The notes under the pieces: model-generated
The model's database searches: none
What the model was told of the DNA's origin: nothing
Seen by the model: the letters and a program-made list of their open reading frames with translations, nothing else
Position numbers and translations under genes: made by a program
NCBI GenBank assembly: GCA_017993335.1
Contig: JAGOMX010000001.1
Coordinates: 4,863-68,862 of the forward strand
Length of the DNA stretch: 64,000 nucleotides
Reading direction: 5' to 3'
Source: Alphaproteobacteria bacterium
GTDB taxonomy: Bacteria; Pseudomonadota; Alphaproteobacteria; JAGOMX01
Shown: piece after piece, positions 18,720 to 28,673 of the stretch
How positions within the stretch are numbered: position 1 is the stretch's first letter
How the letters are laid out: every line of letters begins with the position of its first letter

Positions 18720-20111
18720 ATGATCAATACACGTAAAGAATCTGATACGATGGGTGAAGTCTGCGTTCAAGCGGACCGCTATTGGGGCGCGCAAACGCAA
18801 CGATCGATTGAAAATTTTCCCATAGGCCAAGAAAAAATGCCAAAAACACTTATCCGTGCTTTTGGACAGCAAAAATATGCTTGCGCAAAGGCCAATATGG
18901 CGATGAACAATTTAGATAAAAAAATAGGAGAAGCCATCTTATTGGCGGCTCAGGAAGTGATAGATGGAAAATTAGACGAGCATTTCCCGTTAGTTGTCTG
19001 GCAAACAGGATCCGGAACGCAAACAAATATGAATGCGAATGAAGTTATTTCTAACCGGGCTATCGAGATACTTGGCGGTGTTATAGGGTCTAAAGATCCT
19101 GTGCATCCCAACGATCATGTGAATCGTGGACAGAGTTCTAATGACAGCTTTCCAACAGTGATGCATATGGCTTCAGCAGAACAAGTGGTGCGGCATTTAA
19201 TCCCTGCTCTGGATAAATTACATGGGTCATTTTTACAAAAACAGCAAGAATTTGCCGCAATTGTTAAAATTGGCAGAACCCACTTACAAGATGCGACCCC
19301 ATTAACTTTAGGACAAGAATTTTCAGGATATGCAACACAGGTTAAATATTGTCTTGAGCAAATCCAGAAAGTTCTCCCGCGGCTTTATAAATTAGCACAA
19401 GGTGGAACAGCCGTTGGAACAGGATTAAATACCAAGGTTGGTTTTGATGTTATGTTTGCACAAGAAGCCTCAAACTTAACGGGTTTACCCTTTCAAACGG
19501 CTGAAAACAAATTTGAGGTCCTTGCCGCCCATAATGCCATGGTGGAGCTCTCGGGCTGCTTGAATACATGTGCTGTGGCGTTGATGAAGATTGCCAATGA
19601 TATCCGATTATTAGGTTCAGGACCCCGTTGTGGTTTAGGAGAAATTGAGCTGCCTGCTAATGAGCCAGGATCTTCTATTATGCCCGGAAAAGTGAATCCA
19701 ACCCAAGTGGAGTCCTTAACCATGATTGCGGCTCAAGTCATGGGGAATCACGTGACGGTTTCTGTGGCCGACTCTCATAGTCATCTGGAACTAAATGTAT
19801 TTAAGCCCGTCATCATTTTGAACATTTTGCAGTCTATTCAATTATTAGCGGACGGCTGTAATAGCTTCCGCACCCGTTGTTTGGATGGAATTAAAGCAAA
19901 TGAAAAGAAAATCCGACAATCTTTGTATGATTCTTTGATGTTGGTGACGGCATTAAATCCTCATATTGGGTATGACAATGCAGCTAAAATAGCCAAGAAG
20001 GCCTATAAAGATGGCTCAACCCTTAAAGAGGCGGCTCATGAATTAGGATTAGTGAACGATGACGACTTTGATCGTTGGGTTCGTCCAGAAAACATGGTGC
20101 AACCAGGATAA
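18720..20111 (+). CDS. fumC: fumarate hydratase class II
   Basis: [13 protein letters not shown] lyase-family signature. 463 aa from [14 protein letters not shown]. Confidence 0.9.
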   Translation: MINTRKESDTMGEVCVQADRYWGAQTQRSIENFPIGQEKMPKTLIRAFGQQKYACAKANMAMNNLDKKIGEAILLAAQEVIDGKLDEHFPLVVWQTGSGTQTNMNANEVISNRAIEILGGVIGSKDPVHPNDHVNRGQSSNDSFPTVMHMASAEQVVRHLIPALDKLHGSFLQKQQEFAAIVKIGRTHLQDATPLTLGQEFSGYATQVKYCLEQIQKVLPRLYKLAQGGTAVGTGLNTKVGFDVMFAQEASNLTGLPFQTAENKFEVLAAHNAMVELSGCLNTCAVALMKIANDIRLLGSGPRCGLGEIELPANEPGSSIMPGKVNPTQVESLTMIAAQVMGNHVTVSVADSHSHLELNVFKPVIILNILQSIQLLADGCNSFRTRCLDGIKANEKKIRQSLYDSLMLVTALNPHIGYDNAAKIAKKAYKDGSTLKEAAHELGLVNDDDFDRWVRPENMVQPG

Positions 20112-20120
20112 GGAATTCGG

Positions 20121-21311
20121 CTAGAAAGCTTGGAGAATATGGCTCAATTCAAGGAATATAACCCATGAAAAGAAGGCTATGTTTATCCATAATAATCCAC
20201 GGTGCAGAGGGTTTAAGGGCGCTGCGCGGGCGGTATAAGCCTTTGACAGGACCATGCAAGACGGTAATATGCCCAATATTGTCGCTACAAATATACCAGC
20301 AAATCCCAATATAGAGGATATGCCGGATGGATAAATATTGATGATGATGATGGGCGTTAAAAATCCGGAAAATATGGCCACGAGTGAATTCACTCGTCCA
20401 TGACGTATAGGCAGGACATCTTTTAAATAGCTAAACAAACAGTGTCCAACGCCTAAAAATGAGGTCATGATCGCTGTAATAATGACGCCGATGCCATAGG
20501 TGTGAAAAGCTGAATTGTTAACGATCTCGCTTAATGCATGGATCACTTCCGTGCCTTTGTCTTGACTGTTTGCGATGGTTTGAAGGCCATGACTTCCCAC
20601 CACACCAAACACCACATATTCCCATAGGATGTAACAGACTAAAATTATAATACTGCCAATCAAAACAGAGCTTTCTAGTTGCTTTTTTGAATTGTTTAAA
20701 TGCGTGGCGAGAGAGGGAAGAATACTCGCAAAACCGAATATGGCTAATAACATACTGAGAGTTTTTGGGATCGTTTCAAAGGTGTAAGGCTCTAATTCCT
20801 TTACTTCAACAAAAGAAAAACTGGTCATTATGATCATAAACAGAAAAAAGAGCTTAGCTGAGGTTATGTATTGGTTTATGTTGGCTAAGTTTCCCATCCC
20901 TTGATAGATAATGAAAGCAATTATAAACGTAAAAGAAATTTGTGCTAAAAAAGGAGGGATAAGAAGGCCGCTATAAGAAAAAATTAAATCGGAAACCCAT
21001 GAAGATCCGGTTGTAATATATAGGGATACGAGGGATAAAAGTAAGGATAAATAAGCCAGCTCAATAAGGATATTTACCCGGCGCCCCAGAAGTTCCGTCG
21101 TCATGGTGGCGATATCAATATCTTCCGAAAAGCATAGACGAGCTTTTACCAGCTGAAGAGCCGAAAACGTCATGAAGCACCACGTGATAAGCAACCCTAC
21201 GGTAGAGCCGAGAAAACCAGCGTCTACGGTTGAAATAGGAAGAGCTAATATCCCCGCACCAATGGCCGTACCCACGATAAGGAATATACTTTGAAACAAG
21301 CGACCTGACAT
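20121..21311 (-). CDS. HAAAP-family amino acid permease (tyrosine/tryptophan/serine-type)
   Basis: N-terminal IVGTAIGAGILALP motif of the aromatic/hydroxy amino acid permease family. ~11 TM. Strong AAGGAGA RBS. Confidence 0.75.
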   Translation of the reverse strand: MSGRLFQSIFLIVGTAIGAGILALPISTVDAGFLGSTVGLLITWCFMTFSALQLVKARLCFSEDIDIATMTTELLGRRVNILIELAYLSLLLSLVSLYITTGSSWVSDLIFSYSGLLIPPFLAQISFTFIIAFIIYQGMGNLANINQYITSAKLFFLFMIIMTSFSFVEVKELEPYTFETIPKTLSMLLAIFGFASILPSLATHLNNSKKQLESSVLIGSIIILVCYILWEYVVFGVVGSHGLQTIANSQDKGTEVIHALSEIVNNSAFHTYGIGVIITAIMTSFLGVGHCLFSYLKDVLPIRHGRVNSLVAIFSGFLTPIIIINIYPSGISSILGFAGIFVATILGILPSCMVLSKAYTARAAPLNPLHRGLLWINIAFFSWVIFLELSHILQAF

Positions 21312-21377
21312 ACCATTCTCCTTATGAAGGACTATTCTTTGACTTTACAACAAAACAGATAATAAGCCGAGAATATC

Positions 21378-22745
21378 TTAAGCGACTTCTTTTTCAACAG
21401 AGGAACTTTCGTCTGCTTTTAACAAGTTTTCGAGCCAATGGATATCATAATTACCTTCGATAATATCGGGTTCATTGACGAGTCTTTTGTGTAAAGGAAT
21501 CGTTGTTTGAACACCGCTTATGACAAATTCATCCAGAGCTCGACGTAGTCTTTTCAAACAGTCTTGGCGTGTCGGACCGTGCACGATAAGCTTAGCAATC
21601 AGGCTATCGTAATAGGGAGGTATTTGGTATCCCGTATAAATAGCGCTATCCAATCGTACCCCTGGTCCACCTGGTGGGTGATAGGTTGTGATTGTACCAG
21701 GGCTCGGGATAAACGTTTCTGGGTGTTCCGCATTGATACGGCATTCAATGGCATGACCATTAAATTGAATATCTTCCTGTTTATAGGAGAGCGGATATCC
21801 CATAGCAATACGGATTTGCTCACGGACAATATCAACCCCTGTAATGGCTTCAGTTATAGGGTGCTCGACTTGAACACGTGTATTCATTTCAATAAAATAA
21901 AATTTGCCATTTTCCCACAAAAACTCGAGAGTTCCGGCACCGCGATACCCTAATTTTTCTATAGCTGTACGAACGATTTCTCCCAGTTCTGCACGAGATT
22001 CAGGATCAAGTACGTGAGCTGGCGCTTCTTCAAAAACTTTTTGGTGTCGGCGTTGCAATGAGCAGTCTCTCTCTCCCAAATGAATAACGTTACCATGCGT
22101 ATCCGCCAATATTTGGATTTCGATATGGCGTGGCTTTTCCAAGTATTTTTCAAAATAAACCATATCATTGCCAAAGTTTGCTTTGGCTTCATTGCGTGCA
22201 ATATGAAAGGCCTCTTCAAGGCGGTTTGCGTCTCTTACAACTTGCATACCTTTACCGCCACCACCGCTGGTGGCCTTAATTAAAATAGGGTATCCAATTT
22301 CAAGGGCTATGCGGCGTGCATCTTCTACGCTTTCCACGGCACCATCAGATCCTGGGACAACAGGGATGCCTAATTTTTTGACGGTATCCTTTGCGGATAT
22401 TTTGTCGCCCATAATTTGGATATGCTCGGCGGTTGGTCCGATAAAAGTCATTCCATGCTCTTCTGTCATGGAAACAAAGTCAGCATTTTCGGATAAGAAA
22501 CCATAGCCTGGATGGATGGCGTCGGCGCCGGAAACGATAGCTGCGGATAGGATGGAAGGGATGTTCAGATAGCTATCTTTTGCTGAGTTTGGGCCTATGC
22601 AAACACTTTCATCGGCTAAAACCACATGTTTTGCTTTCGCATCAGCAGTGGAGTGAACAGCGACAGTTTGCAAGTCTAATTCTTTACATGCACGATGGAT
22701 GCGCAAAGCAATCTCACCTCGATTGGCTATAAGAACTTTTTTCAT
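21378..22745 (-). CDS. accC: acetyl-CoA carboxylase biotin carboxylase subunit
   Basis: ATP-grasp biotin carboxylase, 455 aa. [13 protein letters not shown] start, GGGGKGM loop. Confidence 0.9.
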   Translation of the reverse strand: MKKVLIANRGEIALRIHRACKELDLQTVAVHSTADAKAKHVVLADESVCIGPNSAKDSYLNIPSILSAAIVSGADAIHPGYGFLSENADFVSMTEEHGMTFIGPTAEHIQIMGDKISAKDTVKKLGIPVVPGSDGAVESVEDARRIALEIGYPILIKATSGGGGKGMQVVRDANRLEEAFHIARNEAKANFGNDMVYFEKYLEKPRHIEIQILADTHGNVIHLGERDCSLQRRHQKVFEEAPAHVLDPESRAELGEIVRTAIEKLGYRGAGTLEFLWENGKFYFIEMNTRVQVEHPITEAITGVDIVREQIRIAMGYPLSYKQEDIQFNGHAIECRINAEHPETFIPSPGTITTYHPPGGPGVRLDSAIYTGYQIPPYYDSLIAKLIVHGPTRQDCLKRLRRALDEFVISGVQTTIPLHKRLVNEPDIIEGNYDIHWLENLLKADESSSVEKEVA

Positions 22746-22775
22746 ATGGAATACACCTTTTTCGTGGGTTTAAGA

Positions 22776-23237
22776 TTACTCAATGATGAGTAAAACTTCA
22801 TCAAACTCAACAGGCTGAGCATTGGAGAATAAAATTTTTGTCACTTTACCTGCACGAGGAGCCTTTATCGGGTTCATAACTTTCATGGCCTCGATAATCA
22901 GCAATGTTTGGCCTTGGCTCACTGAATCTCCAACTTTAACAAAAGGCGGAGAGCTAGGGTCTGAAGCCTCATACGCATTTCCAACCATAGGCGACTTAAC
23001 AGCGCCTGGATTTTTGCTATCATCCTGAACATCAGAAACCACACTCAGCGTAGGCGCCGAAACAGGTGCAGGCGAAGGCATAGAATAATGAGGGGCAACA
23101 ACAGTTTCCTGACGATGACGAACAACCCGAATACGATGGTCATTCACTTCATATTCAATTTCATTCAGATCTGTTTCATTCAACAACTCAGCAAGTTGTC
23201 TTACCATATCTGCATCAAAAGTAAATTTATCGGCCAT
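22776..23237 (-). CDS. accB: acetyl-CoA carboxylase biotin carboxyl carrier protein
   Basis: C-terminal biotinyl domain with EAMKVMN biotinylation motif. Confidence 0.85.
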   Translation of the reverse strand: MADKFTFDADMVRQLAELLNETDLNEIEYEVNDHRIRVVRHRQETVVAPHYSMPSPAPVSAPTLSVVSDVQDDSKNPGAVKSPMVGNAYEASDPSSPPFVKVGDSVSQGQTLLIIEAMKVMNPIKAPRAGKVTKILFSNAQPVEFDEVLLIIE

Positions 23238-23457
23238 ATTTATAATCTCACCCTACAATTTATCTTTGGTCTTTATACCAATTCTAATGAAAAAGGCAAG
23301 TGTTCTATGATCTTATGTAAAATGAGGACAAAGCAAAAAAGTATAAAGCAGATCATTAAGAGAAACATCAATGCTTTATTTTTATTGCAATTTGCCACCA
23401 TGAAGTATAAAAATAAGGGACTTTTTTTCTCTACCGCACAAGAGTTTATAAAACCTA

Positions 23458-24849
23458 ATGCAAAATATATTATTTGTAGATTTAGATGAATCTTTAGTGA
23501 GAACAGATGTTTTTCATGAGCAATTTTTTCGCTATTTACTTTTATCCCCAATTAAGGCATTGCGATTAATTTTTCGCTCTAAATTATCCCCTGAAACGAT
23601 TAAATCATCTTTGAGTGATCTCGTCGATACGGATGCAACTACATTACCTTATAATAAGGAGGTGATGAAACAAATTGAGCAAGCAAAGGATGCCGGCTAC
23701 AAAATTGTTCTGGCAACGGCGGCTCATGAGAAAATAGCGGGTAAGGTTGCTCAATACTTAGGTGTTTTTGATGACGTTATCGCAACCACCGATACTTATA
23801 ATTGCAAAGGATTAAACAAACTTAAAAAAATGCAAGAGTATGCTCAAGGTAATCCTTTTGAGTATATCGGTGATAGCCAGGCAGATATCGCTATATTTAA
23901 TCAGGCCAAAAAGAGCTATGTTGTTGGCAGTTTGAACTATGATAATGCGGTGAGAATAAAAGGGCGCCCGCCTATACCAAAATCAATTTTAAAAGCTATG
24001 CGTCCGCACCAGTGGGCTAAGAACAGCTTGATTTTTCTGCCTTTGCTTACGAGTCATACGTTCAATGCCTCTGAAGTTTTGATTAGTTTATTCGGCTTTG
24101 TCTGTTTTTCTTTGGCGGCGTCGGCTGTGTATATTATAAATGACATGCTCGATATAGAAGATGATCGGCGACATTTGTCGAAGAGAAACAGGCCTTTTGC
24201 AAAGGGGATGTTGTCAATAAAACAAGGGATCTTCATAAGCGGGATATTATTTTTAGCAACTTTATTCCTATCGTATATATTGTTGTACCATGGCATAGTG
24301 GTCTTGTGTGTGTATATTGCTCTTACTTTTTTCTACTCTTCATATCTCAAATCTCAACCTATGATGGATGTTTTTTGTTTAAGCCTTTTGTATTCCATCC
24401 GTGTTTTTTATGGCCATGTGATTAATGGCATTGATCAATCCTCTTGGCTGCTGGCTTTTTGTTCTTTCTTCTTTTTAAGCTTGGCATTTATGAAGAGGTC
24501 TGCAGAAATAGAAAAAGTTGCGACGAAAGCAGAAAGCCTAGCGCAGAGGCGTGGATATGGGCAGAAAGATGAGTTTTTGCTTAAAACGGCGGGTATTTGC
24601 TCCGGTCTTATATCTATTTTGGTGCTATGTTTGTATATAAGCTCTGAAAAAGTATCTATACTCTATGCAAATCCTGATTTTCTTTGGGCTGCAGCTTATG
24701 TTTTATTGTTTTGGAAATTAAGGATGTGGCTTATTACAACGAGAGGAAAAATGGATCAAGATCCTGTTTTATATACGTTAAAGGACCCTGTTTCTTACGT
24801 TGTGGCGGGTTTAGTTATTATTTTTGGCCTTTTTGCAAAGGTTTTTTAA
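23458..24849 (+). CDS. fusion protein: HAD-superfamily phosphatase domain plus UbiA-family polyprenyl-phosphate phosphoribosyl/prenyl transferase domain
   Basis: N-terminal VDLDESLVRTD (HAD motif I), later GDSQAD (motif IV-like). C-terminal half has 8-9 TM with NDMLDIEDD (NDxxDxxxD UbiA motif). Confidence 0.75.
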   Translation: MQNILFVDLDESLVRTDVFHEQFFRYLLLSPIKALRLIFRSKLSPETIKSSLSDLVDTDATTLPYNKEVMKQIEQAKDAGYKIVLATAAHEKIAGKVAQYLGVFDDVIATTDTYNCKGLNKLKKMQEYAQGNPFEYIGDSQADIAIFNQAKKSYVVGSLNYDNAVRIKGRPPIPKSILKAMRPHQWAKNSLIFLPLLTSHTFNASEVLISLFGFVCFSLAASAVYIINDMLDIEDDRRHLSKRNRPFAKGMLSIKQGIFISGILFLATLFLSYILLYHGIVVLCVYIALTFFYSSYLKSQPMMDVFCLSLLYSIRVFYGHVINGIDQSSWLLAFCSFFFLSLAFMKRSAEIEKVATKAESLAQRRGYGQKDEFLLKTAGICSGLISILVLCLYISSEKVSILYANPDFLWAAAYVLLFWKLRMWLITTRGKMDQDPVLYTLKDPVSYVVAGLVIIFGLFAKVF

Positions 24850-26678
24850 TGAGATCTAATTATTTAAAATTAGTTTTCCTTGTAGGAATTTATTTATTAC
24901 ATGGAAAACCATTCGTTGGTGTGTCTAGCTATATTTATATTTTATTGCTGATAACCCTTGTCTTGTTTGGAAGCCAAAGGAAAAAAATCCAGCCACTTTT
25001 GATTGGGGCGGGTGCGTTCTTTTTTGCATGCACGTTTGTAATTCCACAACTTGCCATCCCAGAGCAATATCGATTGCTCGTGGATCAAAATAAGGTGATA
25101 ACCTCCCCCGATTGTTTTATGGAAAACGAAGAATTATATCCTTATTTTCCCAGTGCGGATGGGTATTTACAAGGACAGACAGATAAAAGATTTGTTTCCT
25201 CCATAGATATCGATGGCTCAGTTTTATCCTTACGTAGCGGATGGGTTAATCGGCAGGAATATAATTTTTATGGCGAAGACAATACGGTTATTCGAGCAGA
25301 AATGCCATATGTTGTAACATACGAAATTATTCCTGATATGGTTGGAATGGAGCTTTTCTATAGCGGGCAAGTGTATCTAGAAAAAGAAAATATTTTTCTT
25401 CCCTTGGATAAGGGGTCGCTAATTATAGAATCTCACCATGTGGGGAGTAAAATAACTGGCTTTTCTACAAAGCAAAATATGGATATTTTGAGTTTATGTT
25501 TGAAAAAAACACTTGATTACAGAATCTACGATATCCTTGATGTGGTGAGTTTGTATTTAGGGCTTCTGGGGTTGTTTTTCGGTCTTTTTTCGATACATCT
25601 TACAAAAGCAGTAACTTTTCAGATTTCTAGCCTTGGGGTTTTTACTTTTCTTCTTTTGCTTGAGCACATGGATGTATTTCAAAAAGGTATCCTGGTTGGC
25701 GGTGGATCTGATGGAATTGTGCACGGTGGATTCCCCTACTGGATGTTAGAAAAATGGATTGATGGGGATTGGCTTTCGGCTTTGATTTCGCCGGAAAAGA
25801 TTTTTTATTTCATGCCAGGTATGCGTTATGTCCGTTTTGTAGAAATGCTTTTATTTGGGGATGCATATATTTTACAAGTAGGCCTTTTATGTTTTATGCC
25901 GATAATTTTATACCGTTTTTTTTCTGTTTTCCTGAGTCAGAATGCAGCTATGATGCTTTCGGCTATAGCCTTTGTTCTTCCTCGAAACGCTATGGGTTTC
26001 AGTTATAGCTTTTACACAAAATATGTATACTCTCTATATGGTGAAGCCTTTGCGTATGGATTGTTCTTTATAAGCCTTACCCTACTTGCAAAAAGAATAC
26101 GTTCAATGGGCTGGGGATTTTTAGCCTTTTTCTTGGCGGCTGTATGCCTTTCTATCCGTCCAAATTTAGCCGTATTTTTTGCCGTGATTGCATGTGCACA
26201 TCTTTTTTCCGAGACGTTTACAGATTTGAAGTGGACGTCTAGATTTTGGATGCTATTTGGTTTTGTTCCTGTGTTTTTAATACCTTTGCATAACATTTAC
26301 GGTGGGGAGTTTGTCCTTTTAACCTCAGCGTCAAATATACCTGAAAACTTACCCCTAACACCCATGTCTTATTGGAACACAATACTTTACCTATTGGGAG
26401 ATGAAAATAACATCGAATCGGCAAGCAAGGTATTAAAGCATTTAAAAAGTTATCACCCCCATTATGTTTTTGCGTGGTTGTTTATGTTATGGGTGAGTAT
26501 AAAAGGCCGAGATGCGATTCTGCGCGTATACTCTTTTGCCGTTTTTTTAGGCTTAGGACTGCACTTTTTCTTTAAACCCAGTATGAGATATATCGCGCCA
26601 TATCTTGTCATTTTTATAATTTTTGGCCTCCATCAAATTTTTTCAAAAAAAATATTAAAAAAAGTGAAAGGCGCATGA
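24849..26678 (+). CDS. large polytopic membrane protein, possible GT-C-type glycosyltransferase
   Basis: ATG overlaps the upstream stop (TAATG), so translationally coupled. ~14 predicted TM segments with a ~180-aa extracytoplasmic loop. No firm family assignment from sequence alone. Confidence 0.55.
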   Translation: MRSNYLKLVFLVGIYLLHGKPFVGVSSYIYILLLITLVLFGSQRKKIQPLLIGAGAFFFACTFVIPQLAIPEQYRLLVDQNKVITSPDCFMENEELYPYFPSADGYLQGQTDKRFVSSIDIDGSVLSLRSGWVNRQEYNFYGEDNTVIRAEMPYVVTYEIIPDMVGMELFYSGQVYLEKENIFLPLDKGSLIIESHHVGSKITGFSTKQNMDILSLCLKKTLDYRIYDILDVVSLYLGLLGLFFGLFSIHLTKAVTFQISSLGVFTFLLLLEHMDVFQKGILVGGGSDGIVHGGFPYWMLEKWIDGDWLSALISPEKIFYFMPGMRYVRFVEMLLFGDAYILQVGLLCFMPIILYRFFSVFLSQNAAMMLSAIAFVLPRNAMGFSYSFYTKYVYSLYGEAFAYGLFFISLTLLAKRIRSMGWGFLAFFLAAVCLSIRPNLAVFFAVIACAHLFSETFTDLKWTSRFWMLFGFVPVFLIPLHNIYGGEFVLLTSASNIPENLPLTPMSYWNTILYLLGDENNIESASKVLKHLKSYHPHYVFAWLFMLWVSIKGRDAILRVYSFAVFLGLGLHFFFKPSMRYIAPYLVIFIIFGLHQIFSKKILKKVKGA

Positions 26679-26679
26679 C

Positions 26680-27171
26680 ATGTTAAGTCTTCTCGATAAA
26701 TTGAAAATAAAATTCCGCCATATCATTTCCCCTCATAACGAATTGGTTGATTTAGCTGAAAACTTTCAATCTGTTTGCGATATTGGGTGTGGGTTGGGAG
26801 TTTTTTTATCGGCTCTTTCCGGAAAAGGAAAAATTCTTCACGGGGTTGAGATATCTCAATCTCTTGTAGAAAAAGCGAATAAACACATGCAAATGAATAA
26901 AATTTTGGATGTGACTGTCTCTCATTTCAACGGTAGCCCTTTAACGATTCCTTCCTTAAAAGAAAGTGATGTTTGTTTTTTAAATGACGTCTTGCATCAT
27001 GTTCCTGAACAATTACAAAAAATTTTTTTAAATGAAATTTATAATCAAATGAAGTCCGGAAGTAAATTTATCCTTAAGGATATTGATGCGGCCAGTAAAC
27101 TTGTATATTTTAATAAAATTCATGATCTTGTGTTAAGTCAGGAATACCCGCATGAAATGCCTTTGAATTAG
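26680..27171 (+). CDS. small class I SAM-dependent methyltransferase
   Basis: VCDIGCGLGVF glycine-rich SAM-binding motif I and acidic motif II (CFLNDVLHH). Start 1 nt after the upstream stop. Confidence 0.7.
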   Translation: MLSLLDKLKIKFRHIISPHNELVDLAENFQSVCDIGCGLGVFLSALSGKGKILHGVEISQSLVEKANKHMQMNKILDVTVSHFNGSPLTIPSLKESDVCFLNDVLHHVPEQLQKIFLNEIYNQMKSGSKFILKDIDAASKLVYFNKIHDLVLSQEYPHEMPLN

Positions 27172-27275
27172 TGCATAGATGTTTGTAAAAATATTGGTTT
27201 TCGCGTAGACCAGGTTTTTTCTATAAGAAAATTATTTTACCCTCATTTTATTATCGTGATGACAAAACTTTAGTG

Positions 27276-28664
27276 TTACATCAGAAACAACACAGCAAGC
27301 CCTAGGAATATAGCATAACCCATGACGTCTGTGGTGCTTGTTAATAAAGGACCGGCGCCGATGGCGGGGTCCATGCCGGATTTTTCTACGATGATGGGGA
27401 GGAAGGTTCCCGCAAATCCAGCCCATAGCATATTGCAGATGATGGCGACGCCTAATACAATTCCTAGATATAAATCATGCTGCCAGATAGCTACAATACC
27501 ACCAAGTATACAGGCAAAAAGACTTCCCGTAAGGCTGGCAACGAGTATTTCCTTTAAAATAGATTTTTTTGTTTTACCGGAATCTAATTCTTTTGTGGCT
27601 AAGGCGCGGATTGTAACGGTAATGGTTTGCATGCCTGCATTGCCGCCCATGGCGGTTACAATAATCATTAAAAAGGCCAGGGCTGACTTGCCAGAAATTG
27701 CGTCTTCAAATTGAGCTACCACAAACGCAGCGATGAGCGTATTGATTAAAGCGGCAAAAAGCCATCGCGCCCGGTTATAAGCGGTCTCAACAATAGGCGC
27801 ATGAAAGTCGGATTCGGATACACCCGCTAAATGCATGATATCTTCTTCGACTTCTTCTTGAATGATATCCACGATGTCGTCCACAGTAATCATACCAACA
27901 ATTCGACCATTCGGGCTGATTACAGGTGCAGACACTAACCCATAGTGCTGAAATATACGGGCGACTTCTTCTTTTTCCATAGAAACAGATATGCTTTTAA
28001 CCGTTTTATTCATGACGTCGGCAATAGGCAGCGTTGGATCATTACGTAAGAGGGTATCCAAAGAAACGATACCAATGGGATGATGCTTGGGATCAACAAC
28101 GTTTACATCATAAAAAGTTTCGGGAAGCTCCTGAGACTCACGGATAAAATCTATCGTTTCTTGGATCGTCCAAAACGTAGGAATGCAGACAATCTCTCGC
28201 TGCATAAGACGTCCGGCGCTATCTTCTGGGAAGGTTAAGACTTCCTCAAGCATAGCTCGGTTTTTGGCTGGAATGGCTCGCAGTATGGCTCGTTGTTGGT
28301 GCTTATCCAGATCTTCAAGAACATGGATGACGTCGTCCGAATCAAGCTCCGTAATTGCAATAGCCATAATGCCTGGACCAACCCAGTTAATGACTTGGTC
28401 TTTTGTTTCATCATTTAAATGTGCCAGGACATCTGGATCAAATTGACTTTGAATACAATAAATAAACTTCTCACGCAGATCCTCGCTAAGATTATTAATG
28501 AGATCAGCAACGTCTGCCGCATGCATCGGCTTGATCACGTCCCTTACTTTTTGGGATTCGTCATTTTCTAACGCATGCGTGATATGCTCAACGAGTTCAT
28601 CCGATACACCATAGGTTGGCGCGGAGTTTTCCAGTTCTAGCATTTCTTGATCTTCTAGAGACAT
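27276..28664 (-). CDS. mgtE: magnesium transporter MgtE
   Basis: N-terminal MgtE-N domain, tandem CBS domains, and a C-terminal 5-TM MgtE domain (GNAGMQ, PLLTSTTDV motifs). Confidence 0.85.
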   Translation of the reverse strand: MSLEDQEMLELENSAPTYGVSDELVEHITHALENDESQKVRDVIKPMHAADVADLINNLSEDLREKFIYCIQSQFDPDVLAHLNDETKDQVINWVGPGIMAIAITELDSDDVIHVLEDLDKHQQRAILRAIPAKNRAMLEEVLTFPEDSAGRLMQREIVCIPTFWTIQETIDFIRESQELPETFYDVNVVDPKHHPIGIVSLDTLLRNDPTLPIADVMNKTVKSISVSMEKEEVARIFQHYGLVSAPVISPNGRIVGMITVDDIVDIIQEEVEEDIMHLAGVSESDFHAPIVETAYNRARWLFAALINTLIAAFVVAQFEDAISGKSALAFLMIIVTAMGGNAGMQTITVTIRALATKELDSGKTKKSILKEILVASLTGSLFACILGGIVAIWQHDLYLGIVLGVAIICNMLWAGFAGTFLPIIVEKSGMDPAIGAGPLLTSTTDVMGYAIFLGLAVLFLM

Positions 28665-28673
28665 CCTAAATCC

